Origin: Macrostomum lignano
Taxonomy: Eukaryota
Assembly: GCA_002269645.1 (NCBI GenBank)
Contig: NIVC01001011.1
Coordinates: 178,119 to 242,118 of the forward strand
Length of the DNA stretch: 64,000 nt
Direction of reading: 5' to 3'
Shown: positions 35,935 to 50,900 of the stretch, piece by piece
Layout: each line of letters opens with the position of its first letter
Numbering within the stretch: the first letter of the stretch is position 1
The notes under the pieces: generated by a model
The model's database searches: none
What the model saw: the letters and a program-made list of their open reading frames with translations, nothing else
What the model was told of the DNA's origin: nothing
Position numbers and translations under genes: made by a program

Positions 35935-38900
35935 TAGTTAGTTATAGTTAGTTAGTTGGTTAGTTAGTTAGTTAGTTAGTCAGTAAGTTAGTTAGTTAGT
36001 TAGTTAGTTAGGTAGTTAGTTAGTTAGGTAGTTAGTTAGTTAGTTAGGTAGTTAGTTATGAAGAGTTTAAGATTGGTGATCAGTCGCTCGAAAACTCCCA
36101 CTTCTAGACACTGGGGAACAAGCGCCTAGGTATGTGCAAAATCAAGTAACTCTTACTGGGGCGGATCCTCTTGTAGGTTGCAGACGTTCGAGTCTTACTT
36201 ATAGGTTGTAGGGCTAGCTGGCTTTGTTGAGCGGTAGCGGTAGTGAATGGTTGTCTCCTGGAGTCCTTAACTTTATCTGTGGGTCGACCAAGAACGAGAG
36301 CGGATCAGAAGTCTTGGCGATCCTCGAGCTCGGAATCAACAATAGAACGTGCACCCTAATAGACAATTGAATTCTTTGAGTTCTGTAATAGGTCCTCCTG
36401 AAGGGCGTCTTCTTCATTACGTCCGAAACGTAACGGATAACTCAAATTAATCAATAAATCCTCTAGGAGTATAACCTAGGAAACAAGGAGGTCTTTCTCA
36501 GATGTGTCGACGATAAATGGCTCTCGTGAACTCAATTAATCAACTTATCAACGCTATCAACAAAGAACTGAATCGGGTAAACGCTTACCAATCTGTCCGG
36601 ATTTCGCCCCCTCAGAGATGGGTCTTCTTTTCTTTGTCAAAGTCTGCTTTGAGACCGATCCGAGTCTGATTTTTTAACTCGGATTTTCACTTATATTTAT
36701 AGCATAATTTTGGGGGAAAAACCGGTTTAATATCGGATATTTACTTAAGTCATACATGCTTTAGCATTACCATATATGGGGTTAAGCAAATACAGCTGTT
36801 GAAATCCGGTTCCTTGATCAAACAGACGTTGGTGCTACGCACAGATACTAGAATGACTAGATGGGCCACTCAGCACATTTCTGAGCTACTCAGCACATGT
36901 CAGCTACTTTTAGTTCAGTAGTAAGTTAAATAGAAGCATTTTATTGTATTTTTAAAGCGAGGCTCATTTATTAGCTCTTGCCCCCCAACTTCTACTAAAC
37001 CCTCCAATCGCGCCTTTCCACTACCCCCCGCCCCGCCCCAATTTTATTGCCTTTCTCGGAATTCCAGCCTAAAGCTGCCATGTACATTTCAGTTGACTGT
37101 CTAATGTACATCCTATATACTAAAAATGGTCTGTCTGTGTCTATCTATCTATCTATCTATCTATCTATGTGATCGATTAGAGAAAAAATGGCTGGACCGA
37201 TTTTGTTCGAACTTGCACTGTTCGATCAGAAATTTTCCCGTGACGGTACATGCATCGTGGCTAAGAAATTGCTCAATGCTAGAGGCATTAAATATTCGAA
37301 AAACATGCTTTTTTGCAAAGGTCAAGCAAACTTTTTGACTTGAAATGCATTGTAAGAATGCTAGAGAAAAAACTGACTGGTTGAATTCTGATTCTGAAAT
37401 AGATTACATCATAACTGAATTGTAACTCTGACTTGAATTGAAAATGCAGTGTGGAAGCCTAGCACCAGACTTGATTTAAATTGCGTAACCATATTGTTAA
37501 CTGATACTGACTGACTGAGAAACTGATTATGTCATAACTGCTTCGTGTGATTTACTCTATGCTTGGATTTTAAACTGTTGAATTATATATATATGTGCAA
37601 AATTTGATAAATGCAGCGACGATGGTTCGAATTTTCATAGAATATAATTTTTTCAATTAAAGCTTTTCAACGTCAGGAAAACTAAAAGACTTTTTAAAAA
37701 GAAGCGTCATGTAAAAATCATAGAAGCGTCATATAAAAATCATAGATGCGTCATTTAAAAAATCATAGAAGCATCGTATAAAAATCATAGAAGCGTCATG
37801 TAAACAATCATAGAAGCGTCATGTAAACAATCATAGAAGCGCCATGTAAAAAATCCTTGAAGCGTCATGTAAACAATCATAGAAGCGTCATGAAACAATC
37901 ATAGAAGCGTCATGTAAACAATCATAGAAGCGTGCTGTAAACAATCCTAGAAGCGTCATGTAAACAATCCTAGAAGCGTCATGTAAACAATCATAGAAGC
38001 GTCATGTAAACAATCCTAGAAGCGTCATGTAAACAATCATAGAAGCGTCATGTAAACAATCATAGAAGCGCCAAGTAAAAATCATAAAAGCGTCATGTAA
38101 ACAATCATTCAAGCGTCATTTAAACAATCATAGAAGCGTCATGTAAACAATCATTCAAGCGTCATTTAAACAATCATAGAAGCGTCATGTAAACAAGCAT
38201 AGAAGAATGTAAACAATCATAGAAGCGTCATGTAAACAATCATTCAAGCGTCATTTAAACAATCATAGAAGCGTCATGTAAACAAGCATAGAAGCGTCAT
38301 GTAAAAATCATAGAAGCGTCATGTAAACAATCATAGAAGCGTCATGTCAAAATCATAGAAGCGTCATGTAAACAATCATAGAAGCGTCATGAAACAATCA
38401 TAGAAGCGTCATGTAAACAATCATAGAAGCGTCATGTAAACAATCATAGAAGCGTCATGTAAACAATCATAGAAGCGTCATGTAAACAATCATAGAAGCG
38501 TCATGTAAACAATCATAGAAGCGTCATGTAAACAATCATAGAAGCGTCATGTAAACAATCATAGAAGCGTCATGTAAACAATCATAGAAGCGTCATGTAA
38601 ACAATCATAGAAGCGTCATGTAAACAATCATAGAAGCGTCATGTAAACAATCATAGAAGCGTCATGTAAACAATCATAAAAGCGTCATGTAAACAATCAT
38701 AGAAGCGTCATGTAAACAATCATAGAACATGTAAACAATCATAGAAGCGTCATGTAAACAATCATAGAAGCGTCATGTAAACAATCATAGAAGCGTCATG
38801 TAAAAATCATAGAAGCGTCATGTAAACAATCATAGAAGCGTCATGTAAAAATCATAAAGCGTCATGTAAAAATCGTCAGAAGCGTCATGTAAAAATCATA

Positions 38901-41900
38901 GAAGCGTCATGTAAAATCATAGAAGCGTCATGTAAAAATCATAGAAGCGTCATGTAAAATCGTAGAATCGTCCTGTAAAATCGTAGAAGCGTCATGTAAA
39001 AATCATAGAAGCGTCATGTAAAAATCATAGAAGCGTCATGTAAAATCATAGAATCATCCTGCCAAAATCGTAGAAGCTTCATGTAAAAAATCCTTGAAGC
39101 GTCATGTAAACAATCATAGAAGCGTCATGTAAACAAGCATAGAAGAATGTAAAAATCATAGAAGCGTCATGTAAAAATCATAGAAGCGTCATGAAACAAT
39201 CATAGAAGCGTCATGTAAAAAATCATAAAGCGTCATGTAAAAATCGTAGAAGCGTCATGTAAAAATCATAGAAGCGTCATGTAAAATCATAGAAGCGTCA
39301 TGTAAAAATCATAGAAGCGTCATGTAAAATCGTAGAATCGTCATGCCAAAATCGTAGAAGCGTCATGTAAAAATCATAGAAGCGTCATGTAAACAATCAA
39401 AGAAGCGTCATTTAAAATCATGGAATCGTCCTGCCAAAATCGTAGAAGCGTCATGTAAACAATCCTAGAAGCGTCATGTAAACAATCATAGAAGCGTCAT
39501 GAAACAATCATAGAGAAGCGTCATGTAAACATAGAAGCGTCATGTAAACAATCATAGAAGCGTCATGTAAACAATCCTAGAAGCGTCATGTAAACAATCA
39601 TAGAAGCGTCATGTAAACAATCATAGAAGCGTCATGTAAACAATCCTAGAAGCGTCATGTAAACAATCATAGAAGCGTCATGTAAAAATCATAGAAGCGT
39701 CATGTAAACAATCATAGAAGCGTCATATAAAAATCATAGAAGCGTCATGTAAACAATCATAGAAGCGTCATATAAAAATCATAGAAGCGTCATGTAAACA
39801 ATCATAGAAGCGTCATATAAAAATCATAGAAGCGTCATGTAAACAATCATAGAAGCGTCATGAAACAATCATAGAAGCGTCATGTAAACAATCATAGAAG
39901 CGTCATGTAAACAATCATAGAAGCGTCATGTAAAAATCATAGAAGCGTCATGTAAACAATCATAGAAGCGTCATGAAACAATCATAGAAGCGTCATGTAA
40001 AAATCATAGAAGCGTCATGTAAACAATCATAGAAGCGTCATGTAAACAATCATAGAAGCGTCATGTAAACAATCATAGAAGCGTCATGTAAACAATCATA
40101 GAAGCGTCATGTAAAAATCATAGAAGCGTCATGTAAACAATCATAGAAGCGTCATGTAAAATCATAGAAGCGTCATGTAAACAATCATAGAAGCGTCATG
40201 AAACAATCATAGAAGCGTCATGTAAACAATCATAGAAGCGTCATGTAAACAATCATAGAAGCGTCATGTAAAAATCATAGAAGCGTCATGTAAACAATCA
40301 TAGAAGCGTCATGAAACAATCATAGAAGCGTCATGTAAAAATCATAGAAGCGTCATGTCATAGACATGTAAAAATCATAGAAGCGTCATGTAAACAATCA
40401 TAGAAGCGTCATGTAAACAATCATAGAAGCGTCATGTAAACAATCATAGAAGCGTCATGTAAACAATCATAGTAAAAATCATAAAAGCGTCATGTAAACA
40501 ATCATTCAAGCGTCATTTAAACAATCATAGAAGCGTCATGTAAACAAGCATAGAAGAATGTAAACAATCATAGAAGCGTCATGTAAAAATCATAGAAGCG
40601 TCATGAAACAATCATAGAAGCGTCATGTAAAAAATCATAAAAGCGTCATGTAAAAATCGTAGAAGCGTCATGTAAAAATCATAGAAGCGTCATGTAAAAT
40701 CATAGAAGCGTCATGTAAAAATCATAGAAGCGTCATGTAAAATCGTAGAATCGTCCTGCCAAAATCGTAGAAGCGTCATGTAAAAAATCATAGAAGCGTC
40801 ATGTAAAAATCATAGAAGCGTCATGTAAAATCATAGAATCATCCTGCCAAAATCGTAGAAGCGTCATGTAAAAAATCCTTGAAGCGTCATGTAAACAATC
40901 ATAGAAGCGTCATGTAAACAAGCATAGAAGAATGTAAACAATCATAGAAGCGTCATGTAAAAATCATAGAAGCGTCATGAAACAATCATAGAAGCGTCAT
41001 GTAAAAAATCATAAAAGCGTCATGTAAAAATCGTAGAAGCGTCATGTAAAAATCATAGAAGCGTCATGTAAAATCATAGAAGCGTCATGTAAAAATCATA
41101 GAAGCGTCATGTAAAATCGTAGAATCGTCCTGCCAAAATCGTAGAAGCGTCATGTAAAAAATCATAGAAGCGTCATGTAAAAATCATAGAAGCGTCATGT
41201 AAAATCATAGAATCATCCTGCCAAAATCGTAGAAGCGTCATGTAAAAATCCTTGAAGCGTCATGTAAACAATCATAGAAGCGTCATGAAACAATCATAGA
41301 AGCGTCATGTAAACAATCATAGAAGCGTCATGTAAACAATCCTAGAAGCGTTATGTAAACAATCCTAGAAGCGTCATGTAAACAATCATAGAAGCGTCAT
41401 GTAAACAATCCTAGAAGCGTCATGTAAACAATCATAGAAGCGTCATGTAAAAATCATAGAAGCATCATGTAAACAATCATAGAAGCGTCATATAAAAATC
41501 ATAGAAGCGTTATGTAAAAATGATAGAAGCGTCATATAAAAAATCATAGAAGGTCATGTAAACAATCATAGAAGCGTCATATAAAAATCATAGAAGCGTC
41601 ATGTAAACAATCATAGAAGCGTCATGAAACAATCATAGAAGCGTCATGTAAACAATCATAGAAGCGCCATGTAAACAATCATAGAAGCGTCATGTAAAAA
41701 TCATAGAAGCGTCATGTAAACAATCATAGAAGCGTCATGAAACAATCATAGAAACGTCATGTAAAAATCATAGAAGCGTCATGTAAACAATCATAGAAGC
41801 GTCATGTAAACAATCATAGAAGCGTCATGTAAACAATCATAGAAGCGTCATGTAAACAATCATAGAAGCGCCATGTAAAAATCATAAAGCGTCATGTAAA

Positions 41901-44900
41901 CAATCATTCAAGCGTCATTTAAACAATCATAGAAGCGTCATGTAAACAAGCATAGAAGAATGTAAACAATCATAGAAGCGTCATGTAAAAATCATAGAAG
42001 CGTCATGAAACAATCATAGAAGCGTCATGTAAAAAATCATAAAAGCGTCATGTAAAAATCGTAGAAGCGTCATGTAAAAATCATAGAAGCGTCATGTAAA
42101 ATCATAGAAGCGTCATGTAAAAATCATAGAAGCGTCATGTAAAATCGTAGAATCGTCCTGCCAAAATCGTAGAAGCGTCATGTAAAAAATCATAGAAGCG
42201 TCATGTAAAAATCATAGAAGCGTCATGTAAAATCATAGAATCATCCTGCCAAAATCGTAGAAGCGTCATGTAAAAAATCCTTGAAGCGTCATGTAAACAA
42301 TCATAGAAGCGTCATGAAACAATCATAGAAGCGTCATGTAAACAATCATAGAAGCGTCATGTAAACAATCCTAGAAGCGTTATGTAAACAATCCTAGAAG
42401 CGTCATGTAAACAATCATAGAAGCGTCATGTAAACAATCCTAGAAGCGTCATGTAAACAATCATAGAAGCGTCATGTAAAAATCATAGAAGCATCATGTA
42501 AACAATCATAGAAGCGTCATATAAAAATCATAGAAGCGTTATGTAAAAATGATAGAAGCGTCATATAAAAAATCATAGAAGGTCATGTAAACAATCATAG
42601 AAGCGTCATATAAAAATCATAGAAGCGTCATGTAAACAATCATAGAAGCGTCATGAAACAATCATAGAAGCGTCATGTAAACAATCATAGAAGCGTCATG
42701 AAACAATCATAGAAGCGTCATGTAAACAATCATAGAAGCGCCATGTAAAAATCATAGAAGCGTCATGTAAACAATCATAGAAGCGTCATGTAAACAATCA
42801 TAGAAGCGTCATTTAAAAATCATAGAAGCGTCATATAAAAATCATAGATGCGTCATGTCAAAATCATAGAAGCGTCATGTAAACAATCATAGAAGCGTCA
42901 TGAAACAATCATAGAAGCGTCATGTAAACAATCATAGAAGCGCCATGTAAACAATCATAGAAGCGTCATGTAAAAATCATAGAAGCGTCATGTAAACAAT
43001 CATAGAAGCGTCATGAAACAATCATAGAAACGTCATGTAAAAATCATAGAAGCGTCATGTAAACAATCATAGAAGCGTCATGTAAACAATCATAGAAGCG
43101 TCATGTAAACAATCATAGAAGCGTCATGTAAACAATCATAGAAGCGCCATGTAAAAATCATAAAGCGTCATGTAAACAATCATTCAAGCGTCATTTAAAC
43201 AATCATAGAAGCGTCATGTAAACAAGCATAGAAGAATGTAAACAATCATAGAAGCGTCATGTAAAAATCATAGAAGCGTCATGAAACAATCATAGAAGCG
43301 TCATGTAAACAATCATAGAAGCGCCATGTAAAAAATCATAGAAGCGTCATGTAAACAATCATAGAAGCGTCATGTAAACAATCATAGAAGCGTCATGTAA
43401 AAATCATAGAAGCGTCATATAAAAATCATAGATGCGTCATGTCAAAATCATAGAAGCGTCATGTAAACAATCATAGAAGCGTCATGAAACAATCATAGAA
43501 GCGTCATGTAAACAATCATAGAAGCGCCATGTAAACAATCATAGAAGCGTCATGTAAAAATCATAGAAGCGTCATGTAAACAATCATAGAAGCGTCATGA
43601 AACAATCATAGAAACGTCATGTAAAAATCATAGAAGCGTCATGTAAACAATCATAGAAGCGTCATGTAAACAATCATAGAAGCGTCATGTAAACAATCAT
43701 AGAAGCGTCATGTAAACAATCATAGAAGCGCCATGTAAAAAATCATAAAAGCGTCATGTAAACAATCATTCAAGCGTCATTTAAACAATCATAGAAGCGT
43801 CATGTAAACAAGCATAGAAGAATGTAAACAATCAAAGAAGCGTCATGTAAAAATCATAGAAGCGTCATGAAACAATCATAGAAGCGTCATGTAAAAAATC
43901 ATAAAGCGTCATGTAAAAATCGTAGAAGCGTCATGTAAAAATCATAGAAGCGTCATGTAAAATCATAGAAGCGTCATGTCAAAATCGTAGAAGCGTCATG
44001 TAAAAAATCATAGAAGCGTCATGTAAAAATCATAGAAGCGTCATGTAAAATCATAGAATCATCCTGCCAAAATCGTAGAAGCGTCATGTAAAAATTGAAG
44101 CGTCATGTAAACAATCATAGAAGCGTCATGAAACAATCATAGAAGCGTCATGTAAACAATCATAGAAGCGTCATGTAAACAATCCTAGAAGCGTTATGTA
44201 AACAATCCTAGAAGCGTCATGTAAACAATCATAGAAGCGTCATGTAAACAATCTAGAAGCGTCATGTAAACAATCATAGAAGCGTCATGTAAACAATCAT
44301 AGAAGCGCCATGTAAAAATCATAGAAGCATCATGTAAACAATCATAGAAGCGTCATATAAAAATCATAGAAGCGTTATGTTAAAATGATAGAAGCGTCAT
44401 ATAAAAAATCATAGAAGGGTCATGTAAACAATCATAGAAGCGTCATATAAAAATCATAGAAGCGTCATGTAAACAATCATAGAAGCGTCATGAAACAATC
44501 ATAGAAGCGTCATGTAAACAATCATAGAAGCGCCATGTAAAAAATCATAGAAGCGTCATGTAAACAATCATAGAAGCGTCATGTAAAAATCATAGAAGCG
44601 TCATATAAAAATCATAGATGCGTCATATAAAAATCATAGATGCGTCATGTAAACAATCATAGAAGCGTCATGTAAACAATCATAGAAGCGTCATGTAAAC
44701 AATCATAGAAGCGTCATGTAAAAAATCATAGAAGCGTCATGTAATGAATCATAGAAGCGTCATGTAAACAATCATAGAAGCGTCATGTAAACAATCATAG
44801 AAGCGTCATGTAAAAAATCATAGAAGCGTCATGTAAAAATTATAGAAGCGTCAAGAAAAAATCATAGAAGCGTCATGTAAAAAAAGTCATAGAAGCGTCA

Positions 44901-47900
44901 TGTTAAAATCATAGAAGCGTCATGAAAAAATCATAGAAGCCTCATTTAAAAACTAAGGAAAGTGTCATTTAAAAAGTTAAGAAGCATCATGGTAGAATAA
45001 AAGAAGCGTCATGTCAGACATGAAGGGTGTCATGTAAAAATAAATGCAGCTATAATGCTGTGCTGGGGAGAAAAACTGAGACGTTAAGGCTCTCAGAGAA
45101 TAACTGAGATTACGAAGGGGGGGTTGCTGAGATGTCAAAGCAAAAGTCAGAAGCTACTTCAAAGTTCATGTACTTTACTCAATTTTTTTATTACATTCTT
45201 TGTTGGCTCGCCACGGGGGGGGTCGCTGATAGAAGAAGAGTCATGTAAAAAATAAAAGTAGCACTATGTATACATAAAAGAAAAGTCATGTCGAAGTTAA
45301 AAGATTCATTTGGGAATTGCTATGATGTCAAAGCTTGGAGGGAATCGTTACAGTGCTGTGATTCTTAAAGAAGGAATCACTAAAATGTCAAGGCTTAGGG
45401 GAGAAGAATTGCTGAGATTCAAGGCTTTAGGTTGGGTTAAAGTTAGGTTTAGGTCAGGTGTGGGTTGAGGGTTATATTTTATCGGGTTTCAAGGTTAACG
45501 GGGGATTTTTCAGATTTCAAGGTTTATGGAGGCCATCGCTGACATGTCAAGGCTTACGGGGGGAATAGCTGAGATGTCAAGGCTCACGGGGGTATAAATG
45601 AGATTTCAAAGCTAAAGTCAGAAGCTACATGTAAACAATCATGTAAAGTTTATTGAAAACTTTTTATTACATTATTTGATGCCTCCTCAGGGGAGGGATC
45701 GCTGATAAAAAAAGCGTAATGTAAAAAATAAAAGAAGCTTCATGTCGAAGTTAAGAGATTCATTTGGGAATCCCTACGATGTCGAGGCTTGCAGGAAATC
45801 GCTATAATGCTGTAGCAGTGCTATAATGACTCTTAGAGAGAATTACTGAAATGTCAATGCTTTAGGGTTAGGTTAGGGTTAGGGTTAGGGTTAGGGTTAG
45901 GGTTAGGGTTAGGCTAGGGTTAGGGTTAGAAGGTTGACAGATATTTTTAGATTTCCAAGGCTTATTGGGGGCATTGCTGAGATGTCAAGGGGGGGAGTTG
46001 ATATGTTAAAGCTTGTGGTGGGGAATTACTGACATGTCAAGGCTTACAAGGTTTGACAGGAGATTTTTTAAGATTTCAAGGATACATGTAGCTTATTAAA
46101 AAAACGTGTAGCGATTGCATTTCTTTGGCTCCCCAACGGGGGGCGTAGATTGCTAGTTATTGCTGAACCAATTAGCGAGTTGTTTGCGCCTGCAAGCTTG
46201 GGCTTCTAAACTTATCAAAGTCGTTTTAGCTGCCTTTATTTTTATAAAATAGCTCATGTACTTCTTCGCTACGGAACTGAAAGTAGAAAGCTGTTTTACT
46301 AAGAGTATATGCCTAAGTGGACGATCTAGTCATTTTAGTATGTGTGGTCCTACGAAGGGTTCTGAATCACTCTATTTGCGTATACATGACTCCTAAAAGT
46401 AAATATTATTAAAAATAAACATGACTCATTCTAAAAAATAGATGGACTTTTAGTCAATAGTCCAACCTGTGTGTCCGAAAGTCGGTCCAATAAATCGCCA
46501 ACCCTTTCTCCCTTTCCGAATCCCCATAGGCCAATCGGCGCACCACTGCCCGCTCCAAGTCTCTGGCCTTCTCAGGTCACGACGAGAACAAACGCGAGCT
46601 GCTCCAGTTCAGCCAGCTGATGGCCTGGCTGAAGCTCAACAACAGGGAGATGTTCGACGAGCTGAAGGGGGTGAGGCTGGCTGTGGATTTTGCTTTTTTC
46701 TGTCACTTTTTTATGGTTCTTGTCCTTCAGAATGTGTCTTTGGCCGCCTCGTCTTTTCCTTCAGGTCTCTAAGATTTTTCCTGTTTTTGTGGCCTCTGTT
46801 AGTTCCGTCATTGGGACTCATTGAGGCTGTCTACTTTCTTGTCCATCCGGTCCTTTCTTGTCCGTCCGGTCCTTTCTTGTCCATCCGGTCCTTTCTTGTC
46901 CATCCGGTCCTTTCTTGTCCATCCGGTCCTTTCTTGTCCGTCCGGTCCTTTCTTGTCCATCCGGTCCTTTCTTGTCCATCCGGTCCTTTCTTGTCCGTCC
47001 GGTCCTTTCTTGTCCGTCCGGTCCTTTCTTGTCCATCCGGTCCTTTCTTGTCCGTCCGGTCCTTTCTTGTCCGTCCGGTCCTTTCTTGTCCATCCGGTCC
47101 TTTCTTGTCCATCCGGTCCTTTCTTGTCCATCCGGTCCTTTCTTGTCCATCCGGTCCTTTCTTGTCCATCCGGTCCTTGTCCATCCGGTCCTTTCTTGTC
47201 AATCCGGTCCTTTCTTGTCCATCCGGTCCTTTCTTGTCCATCCGGTCCTTTCTTGTCCATCCGGTAATTTCTTGTCCATCCGGTAATTTCTTGTCCGTCC
47301 GGTCCTTTATTGTCCATCAAACGTCTTTTCTTGTCCATTAAAAGTGTTTTTCTTGTTTATCAGAAGCCTTTTTCTTGTCCATTAGAGGTCCTTGTCCATC
47401 AGAGGTCCTTTGTCCATCAGAGGTCCTTTGTCCATCAGAGGTCCTTTGTCCATCAGAGGTCCTTTGTCCATCAGAGGTCCTTGTCCATCAGAGGTCCTTT
47501 GTCCATCAGAGGTCCTTTCTTGTCCATCAGGGGTCCTTTCTTGTCCATCAGAGGTCCTTGTCCATCAGAGGTCCTTGTCCATCAGAGGTCCTTTCTTGTC
47601 CAACGGAGGTCCTTTCTTGTCCATCAGAGGTCCTTGTCCATCAGGGGTCCTTTCTTGTCCATCAGAGGTCTTTAACTGTCCATCACACGCATTTGAATCT
47701 GTCTCCTTGCCCACTCAGTCTATCATACCGGAGTGTCTATGGCCCAACTCTCTCAGGCTCCAATTCCTGTCGCCTGTCGCCATTCCAGCGCTACTCCCGC
47801 TCTCTCAGTAAAGTTTACGATGCCGAATTTCGCGAAGTAATGGAAACAGTCAAAGCCATACTGCAGCCGCTGAGCAAAGACAAAGGAAAACCCGGAGCGC

Positions 47901-50900
47901 GTAAGTTCTGCTTATAATAATTTATTTAAAAATGAAGGCCATTCCTTACGAAGCTTTAAAGTACCAGGCGTACTCTTACGTTTACAGTGCGTCACGCCGG
48001 CTCAAACTCGTCGCTAAATCGCGAAGGCTCCAAGCGCAGCATCGGGGGCGGCGGCGGCGGCGGCGGCGGCGCAGACTCGAACCCGGCCGATTCCTCGTCG
48101 TCGTCGACCCTCAGTAGCATCGCCGCCACCTTGGGATCCTCCGTGGCGACGCTGGATAACGTAGGTTTCTTCATCTGACATTTTTTAGAGCTAATTAGCT
48201 GACGAGGAAAATTGCGAGTTATAATTCTACTCCGGCCGTTTACCTCTCAGGTGTTCGAAAAAGTTCTTGACGCTCTAGAGCCGATGGTAGACTCCGAAGA
48301 GACCTTCTGCCAGGCGTTTTTTGATCTTCAACCGTCAGTGCAGCAGCAGACGTCCACCCTGACATCCTCGGTGATGAGCACAGTCTCAGATGACTGCACC
48401 ATTCTGTCTGTGGACAGTGGCGACTCGCGTCAGTCCTTAACGCGGCAGGAGGGTAAACAGGTGCGACAGCGCTACCAGTTTGTATTCGATTGTTATTGCT
48501 AAAAATGCTCAAAACATGCCCTAAATTACCACAAAATCACGCCCCCAACCATCGATAAAAAAATCTCCCTTAACCATAGAAGAATCGTCCCAATCAGCAT
48601 AGAAGAATCGCCCCAAGCAGCATAGAAGAATCGCCCCAAGCAGCATAGAAGAATCGCCCAATCAGCATAGAAGAATCGCCCAATCAGCATAGAAGAATCG
48701 CCCCAAGCAGCATAGAAGAATCGCCCAATCAGCATAGAAGAATCGCCCCAATCAGCATAGAAGAATCGCCGCCCCGCCGCCCCCAGGAGCTAGACGAGCT
48801 GCTCAAGCAGATATTCTCATCCGCTGTGAGCTTCCTAGACGCCTTGGCAAGCGCGTGCCACTCGGTGAGCGCCGAGTTCAGCATGCAGATGCTGGTCCGG
48901 TCAGCTGATCGGTCGGACAGGCAGAGCGGCCGAGGCCGCCACCTGGGCTACCTGTACGCCCAGCTGTGCCTTCGAGCAAAGCAGCGATTCGACCAGTTCA
49001 TCGACCAGATGTCGGCCGAATTCCTGGAATTCCGTGCCAATAAAAAGTCCCGCTGCGGCGTGGTGGCTCCGGTTCTTTCCTACGAGAAATTTGCCAGCCG
49101 AGCCGGCCCGGTATTTCGAGACTCGAAACGGCTGCCGGACTTGGAGCGGGCGCACGAGAAACTGCTGGAGACGCTGGTCAATCTGGTGGAGCGGGTCGCT
49201 CAGGAGCACGGGAAAACACCGCCCGCTGTGGTGCTCATGGGTGCGCGACACTTGGGTTGTTTTGTGGGGTGGCTTTGTCTTCGAGTATTGGGTGGTTTCA
49301 GTTGCAGATATTGGGTAGTTTCAGGTGCAGATATTGGGTAGTTTCAGTTGCAGATATTGGGTAGTTTCAGTTGCAGATATTGGGTAGTTTCAGTTGCAGA
49401 TATTGGGTGGTTTCAGTTGCAGATATTGGGTAGTTTCAGGTGCAGATATTGGGTAGTTTCAGTTGCAGATATTGGGTTGTTTCAGTTGCAGATATTGGGT
49501 AGTTTCAGGTGCGGATATTGGGTAGTTTCAGGTGCGGATATTGGGTAGTTTTAGGTGCGGATATTGGGTAGTTTCAGGTGCAGATATTGGGTAGTTTCAG
49601 GCGCAGATATTGGGTAGTTTCAGGTGCAGTTATTGGTTAGTTTCAGGTGCAGATATTGGTTAGTTTCAGGTGCAGATATTGGGTAGTTATTGGGTAGTTA
49701 GGTGGAAAGTGGGGATAGCTTCAGGTGGGAAGTGGGAATAGCTTCAGGTGGAAAATGGGGATAGCTTCAGGTGGGAAGTGGGGATAGCTTCAGGTGGAAA
49801 GGGGGGATAGCTTCAGGTGGGAAATGGGGATAGCTTCAGGTGGGAAATGGGGATAGCTTCAGGAGGGAAGTGGGGATAGCTTCAGGTGGAAAGTGGGGAT
49901 AGCTTCAGGTGGGAAGTGGGGATAGCTTCAGGTGGGAAGTGGGGATAGCTCAGGTGGGAAGTGGGGATAGCTTCAGGTGGAAAGTGGGGATAGCTTAAGG
50001 TGGGAAGTGGGGATAGCTCAGGTGGGAAATGGGGATAGCTTCAGGTGGAAGTGGGGATAGCTTCAGGTGGAAAGTGGGGATAGCTTCAGGTGGGAAATGG
50101 GGATAGCATCAGGTGGGAAATGGGGATAGCTTCAGGAGGGAAATGGGGATAGCTTCAGGTGGAAAGTGGGAATAGCTTCAGGTGGAAATCGGGGATAGCT
50201 TCAGGTTAAAGTGGGGATATCTTCAGGTGTAAAGTGGGGATAGCTTCAGGTGGGAAATGGGGATAGCTTAAGGTGGGAAGTGGGGATAGCTTTAGGTGGG
50301 AAATGGGGATAGCTTCAGGTGGGAAGTGGGGATAGCTTTAGGTGGGAAATGGGGATAGCTTCAGGTGGGAAGTGGGGATAGCTTCAGGTGGGAAATGGGG
50401 ATAGCTTCAGGTGGAAAGTGGGGATAGCTTCAGGTGGGAAGTGGGGATAGCTTCAGGTGGAAAGTGGGGATAGCTTCAGGTGGGAAGTGGGGATAGCTTC
50501 AGGTGGGAAGTAGGGATAGCTTCAGGTGGAAAGTGGGGATAGCTTCAGGTGGAAAGTGGGGATAGCTCAGGTGGAAAGTGGGGATAGCTTCAGGTGGGAA
50601 ATGGGGATAGCTTCAGGTGGGAAATGGGGATAGCTTCAGGAGGGAAGTGGGGATAGCTTCAGGTGGAAAGTGGGGATAGCTTCAGGTGGGAAGTGGGGAT
50701 AGCTCAGGTGGGAAGTGGGGATAGCTTCAGGTGGGAAATGGAGATAGCTTCACGTGGGAAGTGGGGATAGCTTCAGGTGGGAAGTGGGGATAGCTTCAGG
50801 TGGGAAGTGGGGATAGCTTCAGGTGGGAAGTGGGGATAGCTTCAAGTGGGTAGTGGGGATAGCTTCAGGTGGGAAATGGGGATAGCTTCAGGTGGGAAGT

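Noticed and set aside
37690-45020. CRISPR-like regular repeats (also 28425-29685, 49700-53157, 56690-57130)
   Set aside because: Units are head-to-tail with no unique spacers, no cas genes are present, and they lie in or between spliced eukaryotic genes.
46469-47917. Overlapping repetitive ORFs on both strands
   Set aside because: Translations of 20-bp intronic minisatellites; only the EXOC1 exon portions are coding.
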